DNA from: Ostreococcus lucimarinus
Taxonomy: Eukaryota
DNA length: 64,000 nucleotides
Strand: one strand, 5' to 3'
Assembly: GCA_000092065.1 (NCBI GenBank)
Contig: CP000597.1
This document shows positions 27,955 to 38,602 of the stretch, piece after piece; position 1 is the first letter of the stretch; the number at the start of each line of letters is the position of its first letter. Below the pieces are notes generated by a model that was not told the origin of the DNA, made no database searches, and saw nothing but the letters and a program-made list of their open reading frames with translations. Made by a program: the position numbers and the translations under genes.

Positions 27955-29498
27955 CTTTCGTTGCCTCTCGACGCCCACGTAAACGCGTTCGCAAACACGT
28001 CAGACCTTTGTAGCTTCTTTGAACCGAAGCAAACGCCTATAATCGCTACGATTAACGCCCCTAGTGAAACAAACACCTCCGTCAATGCGTCTCCACCGCC
28101 GCTCGGCGTAGATGAATTCGACGGCGTCGGCTCGGGGGAATCGTGGGTGTACTTTTCTCGTAGTCGCCTGCAATTCGCCGGCGCCATACCTACGCGAGAG
28201 TTCGCGACATCAAACTCCATGAGCGTATCGCGCATGGTGATTTGCCCTAATAAAATCTGATTATTTGGATTCGCAAAAATACCCACACAAAACGCCGCCG
28301 AGTTCGTCTCGTGCGCGAAGAGATAATTCTCCGGCCCGAGCGTCAACGAAACTCCGCCTTCGTACGCGATCGTGAGCGGCGGGAACCACTCGCTCACGGT
28401 GCTTTGACTCAACGTCATGTTCATCGCCGCCGCGGAAACGCCGTAGCACACGTCGTCGTACTGTGGATCTGGTCCCGCGACGATCTCTAGTCCCGCCTGC
28501 GTCGCCTGCGTGTCCAATCGCGTCTTGAAGCTGACCCACACACTTCGCGGAACGAACGTAAACGTCGTCCCCGAATCCAGCGTCGTCGTGTACGAGTTTA
28601 AATGCTCGATCAAACTATCGCCCAGCTTCCACGAACTCGTTCGTACGTTGTGAAACGCGGGATTGGCGGGATCCGCGACCAACGGCGTCCGCGCCAACGC
28701 CGGCGCGTCGGCGCCGAAATCAAACCTCCCGAGCGTCAACACCCCCCCATTCGCCCCGAACCCCTCGACGCAGAACGAAAACACATTTTCAATCAATCCC
28801 GCGCTCGCCAATTGCGCGTGCACCGTCGCCGTTCCCCGTCCGAATCCAAACAATCCGTCCGCCTTTTGCTCGTAAATCGCGTTCGTCTCCGCCTCCTCGC
28901 ACCCGAACGCCAACATCGCGCTCAACGTCCCCTCCCCCAGTCGCACTCTGTCCCGCACGACGTACCCACGACTCGAGCTCCCCTCCGCGTAACTCACGAC
29001 GTACGAACACCTCCCATCGCTCTGACACGTCCCCTTCATCGTCTCCTCGCAAAGCGTCGCGTCGCTCGCCTCGCCGCAGTCCAACCTCTCGAATTCCATC
29101 GACCGATCGTAATCGTAATACCCGTGCGCGTGCTCCCCGCACCGCGCGCATCCCTTACACGGCACGTACGTCCGCGCGCTTCCCGTGTCGACGATCAAAT
29201 CGTACGTCTGTCCATCCGCGAGCGCGTACTCGGCGACGAGCGTCCCCGTCCCGAGCACGCCGCCGCGCAGTCGCGTCGCCGCGCTCGCCGTCGCCGCCGT
29301 CGATCGCGCGCGCGCGCTCGGACGCGCGTCGCGCTCGATCGTCGTCCGTCGCATCGCCGTCGCGACGCCTCCGCCGCGCGCGACGCATCGCGCGCGCGCG
29401 ACGCACGCGCACAAGATGACGCATCGCAGCGCGACCGCGCGCGTCCCGTCGACGCGTTTGGCGCGCGCGCGCGCCGCGCGCGACGCCGCGCGCGCCAT
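27888..29498 (-). CDS. Pepsin-family (A1) aspartic protease with an N-terminal signal and a C-terminal membrane anchor.
   Basis: Catalytic motifs DTGSARTYVP and DSGTTFTFVP; a hydrophobic N-terminal segment RAVALRCVILCACVARARCVA; a C-terminal TM LGALIVAIIGVCFGS followed by a short cytoplasmic tail. ATG (CAT 29496-29498). Confidence 0.75.
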   Translation of the reverse strand: MARAASRAARARAKRVDGTRAVALRCVILCACVARARCVARGGGVATAMRRTTIERDARPSARARSTAATASAATRLRGGVLGTGTLVAEYALADGQTYDLIVDTGSARTYVPCKGCARCGEHAHGYYDYDRSMEFERLDCGEASDATLCEETMKGTCQSDGRCSYVVSYAEGSSSRGYVVRDRVRLGEGTLSAMLAFGCEEAETNAIYEQKADGLFGFGRGTATVHAQLASAGLIENVFSFCVEGFGANGGVLTLGRFDFGADAPALARTPLVADPANPAFHNVRTSSWKLGDSLIEHLNSYTTTLDSGTTFTFVPRSVWVSFKTRLDTQATQAGLEIVAGPDPQYDDVCYGVSAAAMNMTLSQSTVSEWFPPLTIAYEGGVSLTLGPENYLFAHETNSAAFCVGIFANPNNQILLGQITMRDTLMEFDVANSRVGMAPANCRRLREKYTHDSPEPTPSNSSTPSGGGDALTEVFVSLGALIVAIIGVCFGSKKLQRSDVFANAFTWASRGNERQWQRLEDDVSIDAQIEMSDMP

Positions 29499-29586
29499 GC
29501 CGACGCGCGCGTCTCCGTTCCGTCGACGCCCGCGCGTCGACGCGCGCGCGACGGCGCGGTGTGCGGCGTCAGACGCCGACGCATCG

Positions 29587-31428
29587 ATGCGTCGCGCGCG
29601 GCGCGCGTGCCAGCGCGCGCTCGGCGCCGCGCGCGGCGCGCGCGCGGCGACGACGCTGACGTCGACGTCCGTCGACGCGCGCGCGTCGACGCGCGCGCGC
29701 GGCGCGACGCGGCGGCGCCGACCGCCGACCGAGCGCGCGCTGCCGAGACTCCCGCCGACGACGCTGACGCCGCGACCGGGCGACCGCGAGCGCTACGCGC
29801 GATCGCTGCGAGAGCAATTCGCGCGATGCGCCGTCGTGCGGGAGCGCGAGCACGGCGTGCCGAGGGCGACGCGATTGACGCGAGACGCGCCGGGGGGGAC
29901 GACGCGCGCGCTCGAGCGGCTGCGAAGACGGGCGGGGGCGGACGCGTACGTCGTCGGAGGCGCGGTGCGGGATTGGATCGCGCTCGGGGAGCGGGCGAAA
30001 CCGCGAGACGTGGATCTGGTGACGAGCGCGACGTACGAGGAGATCGAGGCGGCGATGGATGGACGGGCGAAGGTGGTGGGACGACGGTTTCGAGTGGCGC
30101 TGGTGCGCGCGAACGCGGGACGGTGGATCGAGGTGGCGAGCTTTGAGAGCGAGGGCGAGGGCGAGGGCGAGGGCGAGAGTGAGGAAGACGCGACGCGCGC
30201 GGACGCGGAGGGCGCGCCGGTGACGGCGAGTGGGGAGACGGATTACGACGCGATGTTGCGACGGCGGCGCGCGGAGCGAGCGAAGCGCGAGGCGACTTCG
30301 ACGTCGACGACGTCGTCGCGACGAGCGTCGACGACGGAGACGATCGCGGAGGATGGATCGCGGGATGATTTCGCGAGATTGTTGGCGGTGCACGATAACG
30401 CGAGGAGGCGCGATTTCACGGTGAATGCGATGTATTACGATCCGTGGAGGAATGAAATTTTAGACTTTCACGGCGGGATGAACGACACGCACGCGGGCGT
30501 CGTTCGTACGGTGGGCGACACGAACGTGAGTTTGAGGGAAGATCCCGTGCGGATGTTGCGTGCCATTCGTCTCGCCGCGCGTCATGGATTCACGATGACG
30601 AAAGAGTTGCGAGCGGCTTTGAGGGCGTACGCGGCGACGCTCGCGTCGGCGTCTCCTCGTCGCGTGGCGTCAGAGATCGAGACTTTGATGCAGAACGGGT
30701 ACTCCGAGGCGAGTTTCAAGCTACTCTGGCACTCGACGTTGATGAAGTACGCGTTTCCGGTGCAGCACGAATTTTTCAAACCGCGGTTGCCCAACAAATC
30801 GTCGTTGACGTACGACTTGGAGAGTTTGGTATCGCCGAATCGCGACTTCGACGGCGGCGCGCGCGTGCTGTTCGACGCTTTGAAGGCGTACGACGGACAC
30901 GTCTCAGACGATATCAGTAAATCTAGTGTCGCACAATGGCTCGCTATCATCGTCGCGCCGGTGGCGATGCACAGAATGGCCACGCGGCGCGACTCGGAGG
31001 AAGACCCGTACGCCTTGCCTCCGCGTTGGAGCGATGTCGATGCGGCGTCGCGCGATGAGGTCAGAGCGCACTGGAACGCATTTACCGCGTCCGTGCTCGA
31101 CGTTTTCGACGAGATGCTCGAGCGCACAGCCGCCGAAACGCGCGACGGAGGTCGAACGGAGCTGTCGATTTTGAACAGATCCGAGTGCGCGAGCGCGCTT
31201 TTGCTTCTCCTCGCGCACGGACCGGTGTTTGCCGACGCCCCGAGCGGGGACTTAAAATGGCGTCACGCGTCGTTCGAATCGCTCGTGGATCGTGGCGAAC
31301 GCGTATTCGCCTTAGTAAAGACGAAGCGAAGGAACGAGTGGAGCGACGCCAACAAGGCGTCGCCGACAGCCGAAGCCGAAGTCGTTCGCGCCAGCCTCGA
31401 AGTCGCGACGACGACGACGACGCGATAG
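29587..31428 (+). CDS. tRNA nucleotidyltransferase / poly(A) polymerase family protein (Pol-beta-like head domain, PcnB/CCA-type), organelle-targeted.
   Basis: GGAVRDWIALGERAKPRDVDLVT and RRDFTVNAMYYD are hallmark head-domain motifs. A C-terminal helical body follows. A presequence-like N-terminus is present. The ORF is open from 29185 (GTG). In-frame ATGs lie at 29497, overlapping the protease ATG, and at 29587, chosen here. Confidence 0.7.
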   Translation: MRRARRACQRALGAARGARAATTLTSTSVDARASTRARGATRRRRPPTERALPRLPPTTLTPRPGDRERYARSLREQFARCAVVREREHGVPRATRLTRDAPGGTTRALERLRRRAGADAYVVGGAVRDWIALGERAKPRDVDLVTSATYEEIEAAMDGRAKVVGRRFRVALVRANAGRWIEVASFESEGEGEGEGESEEDATRADAEGAPVTASGETDYDAMLRRRRAERAKREATSTSTTSSRRASTTETIAEDGSRDDFARLLAVHDNARRRDFTVNAMYYDPWRNEILDFHGGMNDTHAGVVRTVGDTNVSLREDPVRMLRAIRLAARHGFTMTKELRAALRAYAATLASASPRRVASEIETLMQNGYSEASFKLLWHSTLMKYAFPVQHEFFKPRLPNKSSLTYDLESLVSPNRDFDGGARVLFDALKAYDGHVSDDISKSSVAQWLAIIVAPVAMHRMATRRDSEEDPYALPPRWSDVDAASRDEVRAHWNAFTASVLDVFDEMLERTAAETRDGGRTELSILNRSECASALLLLLAHGPVFADAPSGDLKWRHASFESLVDRGERVFALVKTKRRNEWSDANKASPTAEAEVVRASLEVATTTTTR

Positions 31429-31498
31429 CCTTAGAACCTAGCGTAGCCTTGTTTTGTTTTCTAGAATGTAGCTGTCCCTATATTTCAATTCGTCGTCT

Positions 31499-32233
31499 TC
31501 AAATCGCGCTAAGATCGCTCGCGCTCGCGTTCAATTTTCGTTTCTTCGCATTCGTCTTCGGCGCCGTCTCCGAGGGCTCGTACGTAAACACGTGATAATG
31601 TGGCACGTCCACGGAATGGTTCTCATTTAAATCGAAATTCCATTCTGTCACGTTCGGTTTATTCTCCCGCAGCCACGCGCACGTCCAATCCACGATCGCC
31701 TCCCCGTCCATCTCCTCCCGACTCCACAGCGTCATGTGCGTCACCCCGCGCGGCGTCTCGTACGGAAACATGTTCGTCTCGATCGCCACCGGTTTCCCTT
31801 TCAGCACCGTCCGCTCGATGTGTTCCTCCACGCCGTAATATCCCAGCTCGTCGTCCAACCTATCGATGTGCGCGCGTTTCGCCTCCGTCGTCGTCTCGTC
31901 CCTCGTCCAATACTCCAGCCGCAGCGTCGCCGGCGGCGTCGCCGCGCGTCTTCGCGCCTCCCCCACGCACCCGCTCCGCGCCAGAAAATCGCGCGCGAAA
32001 TCATCCCGCCTGCGATCCGCGCCCTCGCGCGCGTCCTCGTCCTCGTCCTCGCGCGCGCGTCGCGCCTCCGTCGCGCCGTCGTCGCCGCAGAAATCATCTT
32101 CATCGACGCGACTCGGCGTCGTCACGCCGCTCTTCGACCCATCGCGCGCGCGCGCGCGTCCCTCGGCGTCGCCCTTCGCCGTCGTCGCGCGCGTCGGCGT
32201 CGTCCGGCGCGCGCCGGCGTCGTCGCGCGCCAT
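31499..32233 (-). CDS. Conserved hypothetical protein: a low-complexity acidic N-terminus and a conserved ~120-aa C-terminal domain of unknown function.
   Basis: The C-terminal block reads YWTRDETTTEAKRAHIDRLDDELGYYGVEEHIERTVLKGKPVAIETNMFPYETPRGVTHMTLWS...HYHVFTYEP. The ORF extends to 32836 but would then overlap the divergent glycosyltransferase gene by 300 bp. The internal ATG at 32233 is taken as the start. Confidence 0.35.
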   Translation of the reverse strand: MARDDAGARRTTPTRATTAKGDAEGRARARDGSKSGVTTPSRVDEDDFCGDDGATEARRAREDEDEDAREGADRRRDDFARDFLARSGCVGEARRRAATPPATLRLEYWTRDETTTEAKRAHIDRLDDELGYYGVEEHIERTVLKGKPVAIETNMFPYETPRGVTHMTLWSREEMDGEAIVDWTCAWLRENKPNVTEWNFDLNENHSVDVPHYHVFTYEPSETAPKTNAKKRKLNASASDLSAI

Positions 32234-32528
32234 CGACGTCGGCGGCGCCGCGATGTGACGCGGCCGGTCGCGTCGATCGACGTCGAGGTTCGCGCGGCGC
32301 GGTCGAACCTCGCGCTGAGGTTCGATCGCGCGCGCGATCGAACCTCGAGCGACGGTTCGACGGTCGATTCGCGGCGTCGGCGACCGTCGCCGCCGCACCG
32401 CGCGACGCGATCGTCGAGCGCGCGCGCCGAGGGCGCCGAACGCGCGCGGCGCGAGCGGCGCGCGTCTCGAGCGGTGCGCGCGACCGCGCGGCGCGCCGGC
32501 GAGGCGAGGCGAGGCGGCGATCGACGCG

Positions 32529-34544
32529 ATGGTGTTGCGCCGCGACGACGCGGCGACGACGACGGACGCGCGCACGGCGCTCGCGCGCGATCTCGCGCGC
32601 GATGGGTGGTACGGCGACGACGCGGACGACGTCGAGCGCGGCGAGCGGCGGCGGACGCGCGGACGGGGTGGGTTTTGGACGCGCGCGCGGTGCGCGGCGT
32701 TGGCGTTGGGTGTTACGGCGTGCGCGTGCGCGAGCGGCGCGGGCGTCGCGTCCACGGCGCGCGGACGCGCGGGCGCGAGCGCGCTCGGGGTGCAACCCGA
32801 CGCGAGAGGGACGCCGCCGCCGGAGAGCGCGTTCATGCGAACGGCGAGGAAGGCGTTCGGGGCGGCGTTGATGCGAGCGAGTTATCACCAGACGCGCGCG
32901 AGCGGCGACGTGGACACCGCGGAGGAGGCGGATGCGCTCGCGGATCGAGAGGCGATGGCGGTCGTCGTGGATGAGGATTTCGAGGACGATTCCAGGGAGG
33001 GTGATTTTCTGCGCGACGCGGGGAGACGCGCGGGGCCGGTTTCGGAGCTCGAACGGAGGCGAGAGGCGCGAAGGCGAGCGCATCGAGCGGCGGCGCGGCG
33101 CGCGGTGGCGCGCGCGAGCGCCGCGACGTCCGAACCACCGCCGGCGCCACCAGCGCCGACACCGCCGGCGCCGGCGCGCGCGACGACGCACGGCGCGGCG
33201 CATCAGCACCACGACGGCGGCGAGGGCGGTTTCTTGTCCGCGGCGCACGTGCGAGAGGCGAAGCGACAACACGCTCGTCACGACCGTCGAGTCGAACGGC
33301 GAGTGGAATCGCGCGAAGACGAAAAGGAAGAGAAAACAAAGAGGAAGGATGCGGCGGAGGGTGATGCCGTCGAGGATCAACCTGGTGCGACGATGGACGC
33401 GTACGACGACGACGAAGACTTCGTAGAGGCGGCGCCGTCAAAGCCGGCGGATGAGAGCGCGAAACAAAAGTACTTTAAATCCATCAACGGCGGTTACTTT
33501 GCCGCGCCACAGACGACGCGAGGCGACGATATCGGACGAATGATGAGACACGACAGAGCGAAGCACCAAAGTTTAGCGTCCTTGCACAACCGACCCGGAG
33601 CGATTCCGGGCTTGATCGACCATTTGCAAGCCAACGGCGCTCAAGTCGGCCAAATGCGTCTGATGACGTACACGAATTCCGCGTATTGGCCCATGGCGAA
33701 GCTTTTCATCGAGTCTGCCCAGCGCATACCGGGATTGGCCGATGCGTTGACGGTGATGGTGAGCGACCGCGCGACGCTCAAGCAGTGCGTGGCCACGGGG
33801 GTGATGTGCTTCTTAGATACGGATATGATCGACGTCCTCGGCGAACACATGAACAAAGACGGGAGCATCCAAGCCGGACAAGAAGATATGAGTGGAGATT
33901 TAGGCAAAGCCTTGCGCGTAGTGTGGACGTGGCGAAAAGTGCACGTGGTGTACACTCTCGTGAACGCCGGCTACGGGTGCTTGTTCCTCGACGCGTCGAC
34001 GCTGCTGCTGCGCGATCCGCGCTTGCTGATCAAGCAAAAGCTCGACGCTGGCGCACTCTTGGTGACGCTTTCGGACTTTGGCGGCGCACTGGAGCAAAAG
34101 GCCATCAACACGGGCTTAATCGGGGCGCGGCCGAATGAGTACGTCGGGAAATTGCTGGAGGATTGGATGGCGCTCGAACCCGAGGCGACGGATACCGAGC
34201 AAGCTTCGCTCACATGGAACATTGCGCCCAATGCTCGCGCAGACGGTGTTATCATCACCGCCCTCTCGCAGGAAGTCGCACCGTCGTACCTGACGTTCGA
34301 CGTCTCGCAGCACTTGGATCTAGACGAAGACGGAAGCGGCGAGCATCGCGGGTACATCGTACACGCCGCGTATTGCGGCTCAATCTCCGGAAAGTCAGCG
34401 TTCTTGTCGCGCGTGTCTCAATTAGCCGAAAATCCTAACCAGATCTTACCCGCGACGGAGGAAGAGAACGCGGGGTGCGACGTGTTCGATAGGCGCAAGT
34501 TCTTCACCTGCGGCCTCGCGCCTTGGGACGGCGTGTGCGAATGA
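32529..34544 (+). CDS. Type II membrane glycosyltransferase with a nucleotide-diphospho-sugar-transferase domain (plant/algal GT77-like).
   Basis: ATG at 32529. A signal-anchor reads FWTRARCAALALGVTACACASGAGV. A long acidic/basic stem follows, and the C-terminal domain is protein-like (...SAYWPMAKLFIESAQRIPGLADALTVMVSDRATLKQCVATGVMCFLD...VVYTLVNAGYGCLFLDASTLLLRDP...) of the Nucleotid_trans/DUF23 type. Confidence 0.5.
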   Translation: MVLRRDDAATTTDARTALARDLARDGWYGDDADDVERGERRRTRGRGGFWTRARCAALALGVTACACASGAGVASTARGRAGASALGVQPDARGTPPPESAFMRTARKAFGAALMRASYHQTRASGDVDTAEEADALADREAMAVVVDEDFEDDSREGDFLRDAGRRAGPVSELERRREARRRAHRAAARRAVARASAATSEPPPAPPAPTPPAPARATTHGAAHQHHDGGEGGFLSAAHVREAKRQHARHDRRVERRVESREDEKEEKTKRKDAAEGDAVEDQPGATMDAYDDDEDFVEAAPSKPADESAKQKYFKSINGGYFAAPQTTRGDDIGRMMRHDRAKHQSLASLHNRPGAIPGLIDHLQANGAQVGQMRLMTYTNSAYWPMAKLFIESAQRIPGLADALTVMVSDRATLKQCVATGVMCFLDTDMIDVLGEHMNKDGSIQAGQEDMSGDLGKALRVVWTWRKVHVVYTLVNAGYGCLFLDASTLLLRDPRLLIKQKLDAGALLVTLSDFGGALEQKAINTGLIGARPNEYVGKLLEDWMALEPEATDTEQASLTWNIAPNARADGVIITALSQEVAPSYLTFDVSQHLDLDEDGSGEHRGYIVHAAYCGSISGKSAFLSRVSQLAENPNQILPATEEENAGCDVFDRRKFFTCGLAPWDGVCE

Positions 34545-34604
34545 ACCCGATCCCGTCACATCCAACGCATCGTGTGTGATAACAACTCTATATTACGTAG
34601 CTAA

Positions 34605-36008
34605 TCATTTCTCATTATTTTCCAAAATGTCTCGTTGGAACAAACGCGTGCGGCGGCGCTTCTCAGCTACTTCCACGACGGCGTTGATTTTCGGCTCGAA
34701 CTGTAGTCGTTCGGGTATGACGCGCAGTTCGCTCCATTTTTCGCGAAGCTTGACTTGCGCGGCTTTGAAATCCTGCTTACCTTCCTTGGTGATGTTCAAG
34801 AAGCCTTGATCTTTGAAGAATCGAATCGAACTAAACGGCTGTAGCGTTGAGACGATGTCGTCGACGCGAATGTTCGTCTTTTTGCTCAGCTCCGCCACGT
34901 TCACCCCGCCGGCGCTGGTGCTGCTGAGACTTTCGTAAATCACTCGGCTCCAGTACGTTCGATAGGAAGCGAACCCCAAATCGCTCAGAGGTCGCTCCGG
35001 GGTGCCGATGCGTCCCTCGCGTTTGGCGAGCTCGTACGAAAACTCAATCAAAAACCCCCCGTAGCCGCGACGCTGGTACGGCGGCAACGTGAGAATGCAC
35101 GCCAGATTCGTCTCCACTTGACCCTTCTCCTTGCTGAAGTACCCGATTATTCGATAGAGCGGCTTTCCACTCTCGTCAAAGTCCCGTTCGGTCAAGACAT
35201 AAAAGTAAAACGCGGCGACGTCGTAATACAGCGTCTTGTGATCCAAGAAGAGTTTCGCGATGAGGCACAAGTTTTGACAATACGTCGTCGCGTTCGACCC
35301 GTCCACTTCCCACATGCGCAACTGCGCGCGCGCGGGCGATTTCTCCGTCGCCTGTCGCTCTGGATGCCTATAAATCTCATTCCCCGGCGGATGTCGCAGT
35401 TCGCACGTCTTCTTATGCGCGATGTACGCCCTCCGCTTCCGATGATACTTTAAGCAAAAATCGCATACAAATAGCTTTCGCTCGTCGGTGTATTCCTCCG
35501 GAAACGGCGAGTCGAACCAGCAATCGCAAATGTACCGCCCGAGCTCGATCCACCGCACCTTCCGCCCCCCCTCCTCGCCGCGCTCGCCCCCGTCCTTCTC
35601 TCCCGTCGTCTTCCGCTTTCTCGCCGCCGCCGCCGCCGCCGCCGCTCTCGCCGCCGTCGCCGCGTCCGATCTCGACCCCCCGCCCGTGGTCTCGCTCCCT
35701 CCCACGCTCTCCCCACCCGCGCTCGTCAACCTTTCGACCCTCACCCACTCGTCCGCGACCCCCGTCGCGTCGTACCGCACGTAATACTTGACCTCGCCGT
35801 CCGTCGCGCTCGCGCCGTCGCCCCGCCTCGCCGCCACGACGCCCTCGCGCGCGTCCGCGCCGTCCGCCTCGTTCGCCCCGTCCCGCACGCGCACCCGCGC
35901 GCCGACCGCGAACGCCGCGCGCGCGTCGATCGCCGCGAACGCGTCGGGTCGCGCCGGCGCGTTCGTCTTCGGCGCGCGCATCGTTTCATCCCTTCGCGCC
36001 GTCTCCAT
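34605..36008 (-). CDS. MYST-family histone acetyltransferase (Esa1/Tip60/MOF-like) with a chromo-barrel (tudor-knot) domain.
   Basis: N-terminal tudor-knot GARVRVRDG...EVKYYVRYDATGVADEWV; C2HC zinc finger LFVCDFCLKYHRKRRAYIAHKKTC; acetyl-CoA site RRGYGGFLIEFSYELAKREGRIGTPERPLSDLG. ATG at 36006-36008. Single exon. Confidence 0.8.
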   Translation of the reverse strand: METARRDETMRAPKTNAPARPDAFAAIDARAAFAVGARVRVRDGANEADGADAREGVVAARRGDGASATDGEVKYYVRYDATGVADEWVRVERLTSAGGESVGGSETTGGGSRSDAATAARAAAAAAAARKRKTTGEKDGGERGEEGGRKVRWIELGRYICDCWFDSPFPEEYTDERKLFVCDFCLKYHRKRRAYIAHKKTCELRHPPGNEIYRHPERQATEKSPARAQLRMWEVDGSNATTYCQNLCLIAKLFLDHKTLYYDVAAFYFYVLTERDFDESGKPLYRIIGYFSKEKGQVETNLACILTLPPYQRRGYGGFLIEFSYELAKREGRIGTPERPLSDLGFASYRTYWSRVIYESLSSTSAGGVNVAELSKKTNIRVDDIVSTLQPFSSIRFFKDQGFLNITKEGKQDFKAAQVKLREKWSELRVIPERLQFEPKINAVVEVAEKRRRTRLFQRDILENNEK

Positions 36009-36284
36009 CGTTTCGCGCGCGTCGCGCCGTCACCGCGCGTCCGATCGACCTCGCGCGCGACGCACCGCTCGCGTCGATCGTCGCGCGTCGATCGCGCGCG
36101 ATCGCGACGCTCGAGCCCCCCGCGCGCGCGAATCGCGCGCGAATCGATCGATTCGCGAATCCAATCCGCACTCGCCGACGCGCGATTCGATCGCCGACGC
36201 GCGCGCGCGCGCGCCCCGATCGCCGCGATCTCGCGCCGAGCGACGCGACGCGTCTTTTCGCGCGTCCGGGCGCGATCTCGAGCG

Positions 36285-38513
36285 ATGACGACGCGCGACG
36301 ACGACGAGACACCGCGCGACGCGCCGAGGAGTGCCCGGTTCGGCGTCGCGCGCGCGCACGTCGAGCGCGGCGCGACGCGCGACGGCGCCGCGACGGCGCG
36401 CGTCAACGCGCGCGCGCTCGAAGAGCATCGCGGCGTCGACGACGTCCGACCGGGGCTGGCGCTCGCGTTCGACGGCGCGTCGGGAGGGGCGTTCGGGACG
36501 ACGACGACGACGCGCGAGCGCGGCGACGTCGACGCGTTCGACGCGGCGATCGAACTGCGGTTCGACGTCGACGCGAGCTTCGACGCGCGCATCGAGGCGC
36601 GCGTGGTGAGGAACGACGGCGAGCGGGTCGCGCGGGAGGTGCACCTGGGGCGGTTGGGCGAGCGCGGGGGGGGGAAAGGGGTCGCGCGGGCGCCGAAGCG
36701 GGCGCGGAGCGCGGCGATCGATCGCGCGGTGGCGCTCGAGGGAGGAATACGGGGGAATTGGACGGAGAGTTTGATCTTTTCGGTGGATCCGGTGGGTGAT
36801 GGCGAAAACGAAGGGTTTGGGAACGCGTCGACGGTGGTGCGAGGGACGGTGTACGAGGCGGTGGTGGTGTCGGCGTACGACGACGACGACGACGCGTCGG
36901 CGGGGTACTTTTTCGCGAGCGGGAACGATACGACGGCGGCGGAGGAGGCGGAGGCGTACGCGCGCGCGGTGGAAACCATGGCGGAGGTGATCAGGGAAGC
37001 GCGCGCGTCGGCGGTGATCGATCCCGGTGACGATGCTTCGGCGCCGATCGCCGTCGTTTGGTCGACGATCGGTACGCTGGCGGCGCTTCTGTCGTTCGTC
37101 TCGTGTTTCGCGTGCGCGCGGCGACGACGGGCGCGACGACGCGCGCTGGAGCTCGCGATGGCGACCGAGAAGAAGGTTGATGATGAACCGGCACCGAAGA
37201 TCGAAACGAGCGCGCGCGAGGTTCGACGACGAAGAACGCCCGTGAAGTCGCCGACGCCGCCGCCGAATAGATTCGTCGCGTCCAATCGCGCGTCCAACGC
37301 GCCAATTTTTCCACACACCAACGCGTTGACGCGTAACGTGGTGTCGCGATTGGACTCGCTCGATGTCGCCACCGCGGGGCTTCGCAACGATTCCTTGCTC
37401 GACGCCGATGACGGCGTGGATGAGCACTTGGCGCTCGACGTCAATCGCACCCAGGACAGCGAAGAGTTTCATCAGCACGCCGTGGACATTCGCGATCGCA
37501 CGCGCGATGGCGAGGGCGCGTTCGACGACGACGCGGAAGACGAAAACGACGATGACGATCAGTCGAGGAGCGGCTCTGAGATTTCCGCGATTTTTGCATC
37601 CGCGATCGACGAAGACGACGAAGCGGTGGAATTGACGGCGGCGGAGTTTGCCCACGAAATCGCGCAGTCCCTCGACGTCGATGACACCTCTTTCGCGTTC
37701 ATCACGAGCGATGAATTTGAACGGTATGTGCAAGTTTTCGAAAAGCTAGGCTCGGGCGGTCATTCGACCGTGTACAGCGCGAAGTGGAACGAACGGCAGG
37801 TGGCGCTGAAAATCATGCACGACGAGAGCGATCGAATGACGCTGCAAAGCGAGATCGAGATCATGCGCGCCGTGAACCATCCATCGATCGTCAAAATTTA
37901 CGGCGCGTGCTCGTCACCGATGTGTCTGATGTTACAAATCGTTCATGGGGGGAGTCTTCACGAGGTATTGCACTGCTCTACCGCCGCCGAAGCGCCTCTG
38001 GCGGAGACGCAAACGCTTCGCATCGCTCGAGACATCTCGAGCGCGATGACGTACCTACACGAACTCAATCCAAAAATCATCCATCGAGATCTAAAGCCTC
38101 AGAATGTTTTGATCGAGCAAGACACGCTTCGCGCGTTGCTCTCAGACTTTGGCGTATCGCGCGCCGTGCGCACAAGCTTGTCGCCGAGTTCGCTCGGCGC
38201 GGGAACGGTCAACTACATGGCGCCCGAACTCTTCGACGACGGTCGCGCGGATGAAAAAGTGGACGTATATTCGTTTGCGATGATTCTTTGCGAAACGCTC
38301 AGCGGTAAGCAGCCCTGGAAAGGGATTCAACCGGTGCGAATCGCTTCGACGATCCTCGGCGACTCGGAGGCGACGTCTCGACCACCGTTGCCGCCAAACG
38401 TCTCCGAATTCACGACCGAGCTCATCCGCGCGTGCTGGCACCGCGACTCCGAGCGTCGACCGGCGTTCCGCGAAATTCTCACCGCGCTCGATCGACACAT
38501 CTCGGACGCGTGA
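36285..38513 (+). CDS. Single-pass transmembrane receptor-like protein kinase (TKL/dual-specificity type).
   Basis: Acidic, Asn-glyco-site-rich ectodomain; TM PIAVVWSTIGTLAALLSFVSCFAC; kinase GSGGHSTVYSAKW...VALK, IIHRDLKPQNVLI, DFGVSR, VNYMAPE. There is no obvious signal peptide at the ATG 36285, so the 5' end may be incomplete. Confidence 0.7.
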   Translation: MTTRDDDETPRDAPRSARFGVARAHVERGATRDGAATARVNARALEEHRGVDDVRPGLALAFDGASGGAFGTTTTTRERGDVDAFDAAIELRFDVDASFDARIEARVVRNDGERVAREVHLGRLGERGGGKGVARAPKRARSAAIDRAVALEGGIRGNWTESLIFSVDPVGDGENEGFGNASTVVRGTVYEAVVVSAYDDDDDASAGYFFASGNDTTAAEEAEAYARAVETMAEVIREARASAVIDPGDDASAPIAVVWSTIGTLAALLSFVSCFACARRRRARRRALELAMATEKKVDDEPAPKIETSAREVRRRRTPVKSPTPPPNRFVASNRASNAPIFPHTNALTRNVVSRLDSLDVATAGLRNDSLLDADDGVDEHLALDVNRTQDSEEFHQHAVDIRDRTRDGEGAFDDDAEDENDDDDQSRSGSEISAIFASAIDEDDEAVELTAAEFAHEIAQSLDVDDTSFAFITSDEFERYVQVFEKLGSGGHSTVYSAKWNERQVALKIMHDESDRMTLQSEIEIMRAVNHPSIVKIYGACSSPMCLMLQIVHGGSLHEVLHCSTAAEAPLAETQTLRIARDISSAMTYLHELNPKIIHRDLKPQNVLIEQDTLRALLSDFGVSRAVRTSLSPSSLGAGTVNYMAPELFDDGRADEKVDVYSFAMILCETLSGKQPWKGIQPVRIASTILGDSEATSRPPLPPNVSEFTTELIRACWHRDSERRPAFREILTALDRHISDA

Positions 38514-38602
38514 CGCCCTCTCGAAGCGCCGCGATGCGCACGACGACGACGACGACGACGCGAAGACGAAGACGAAGACGCGTCTATGTAAACGTAAATA
38601 TT

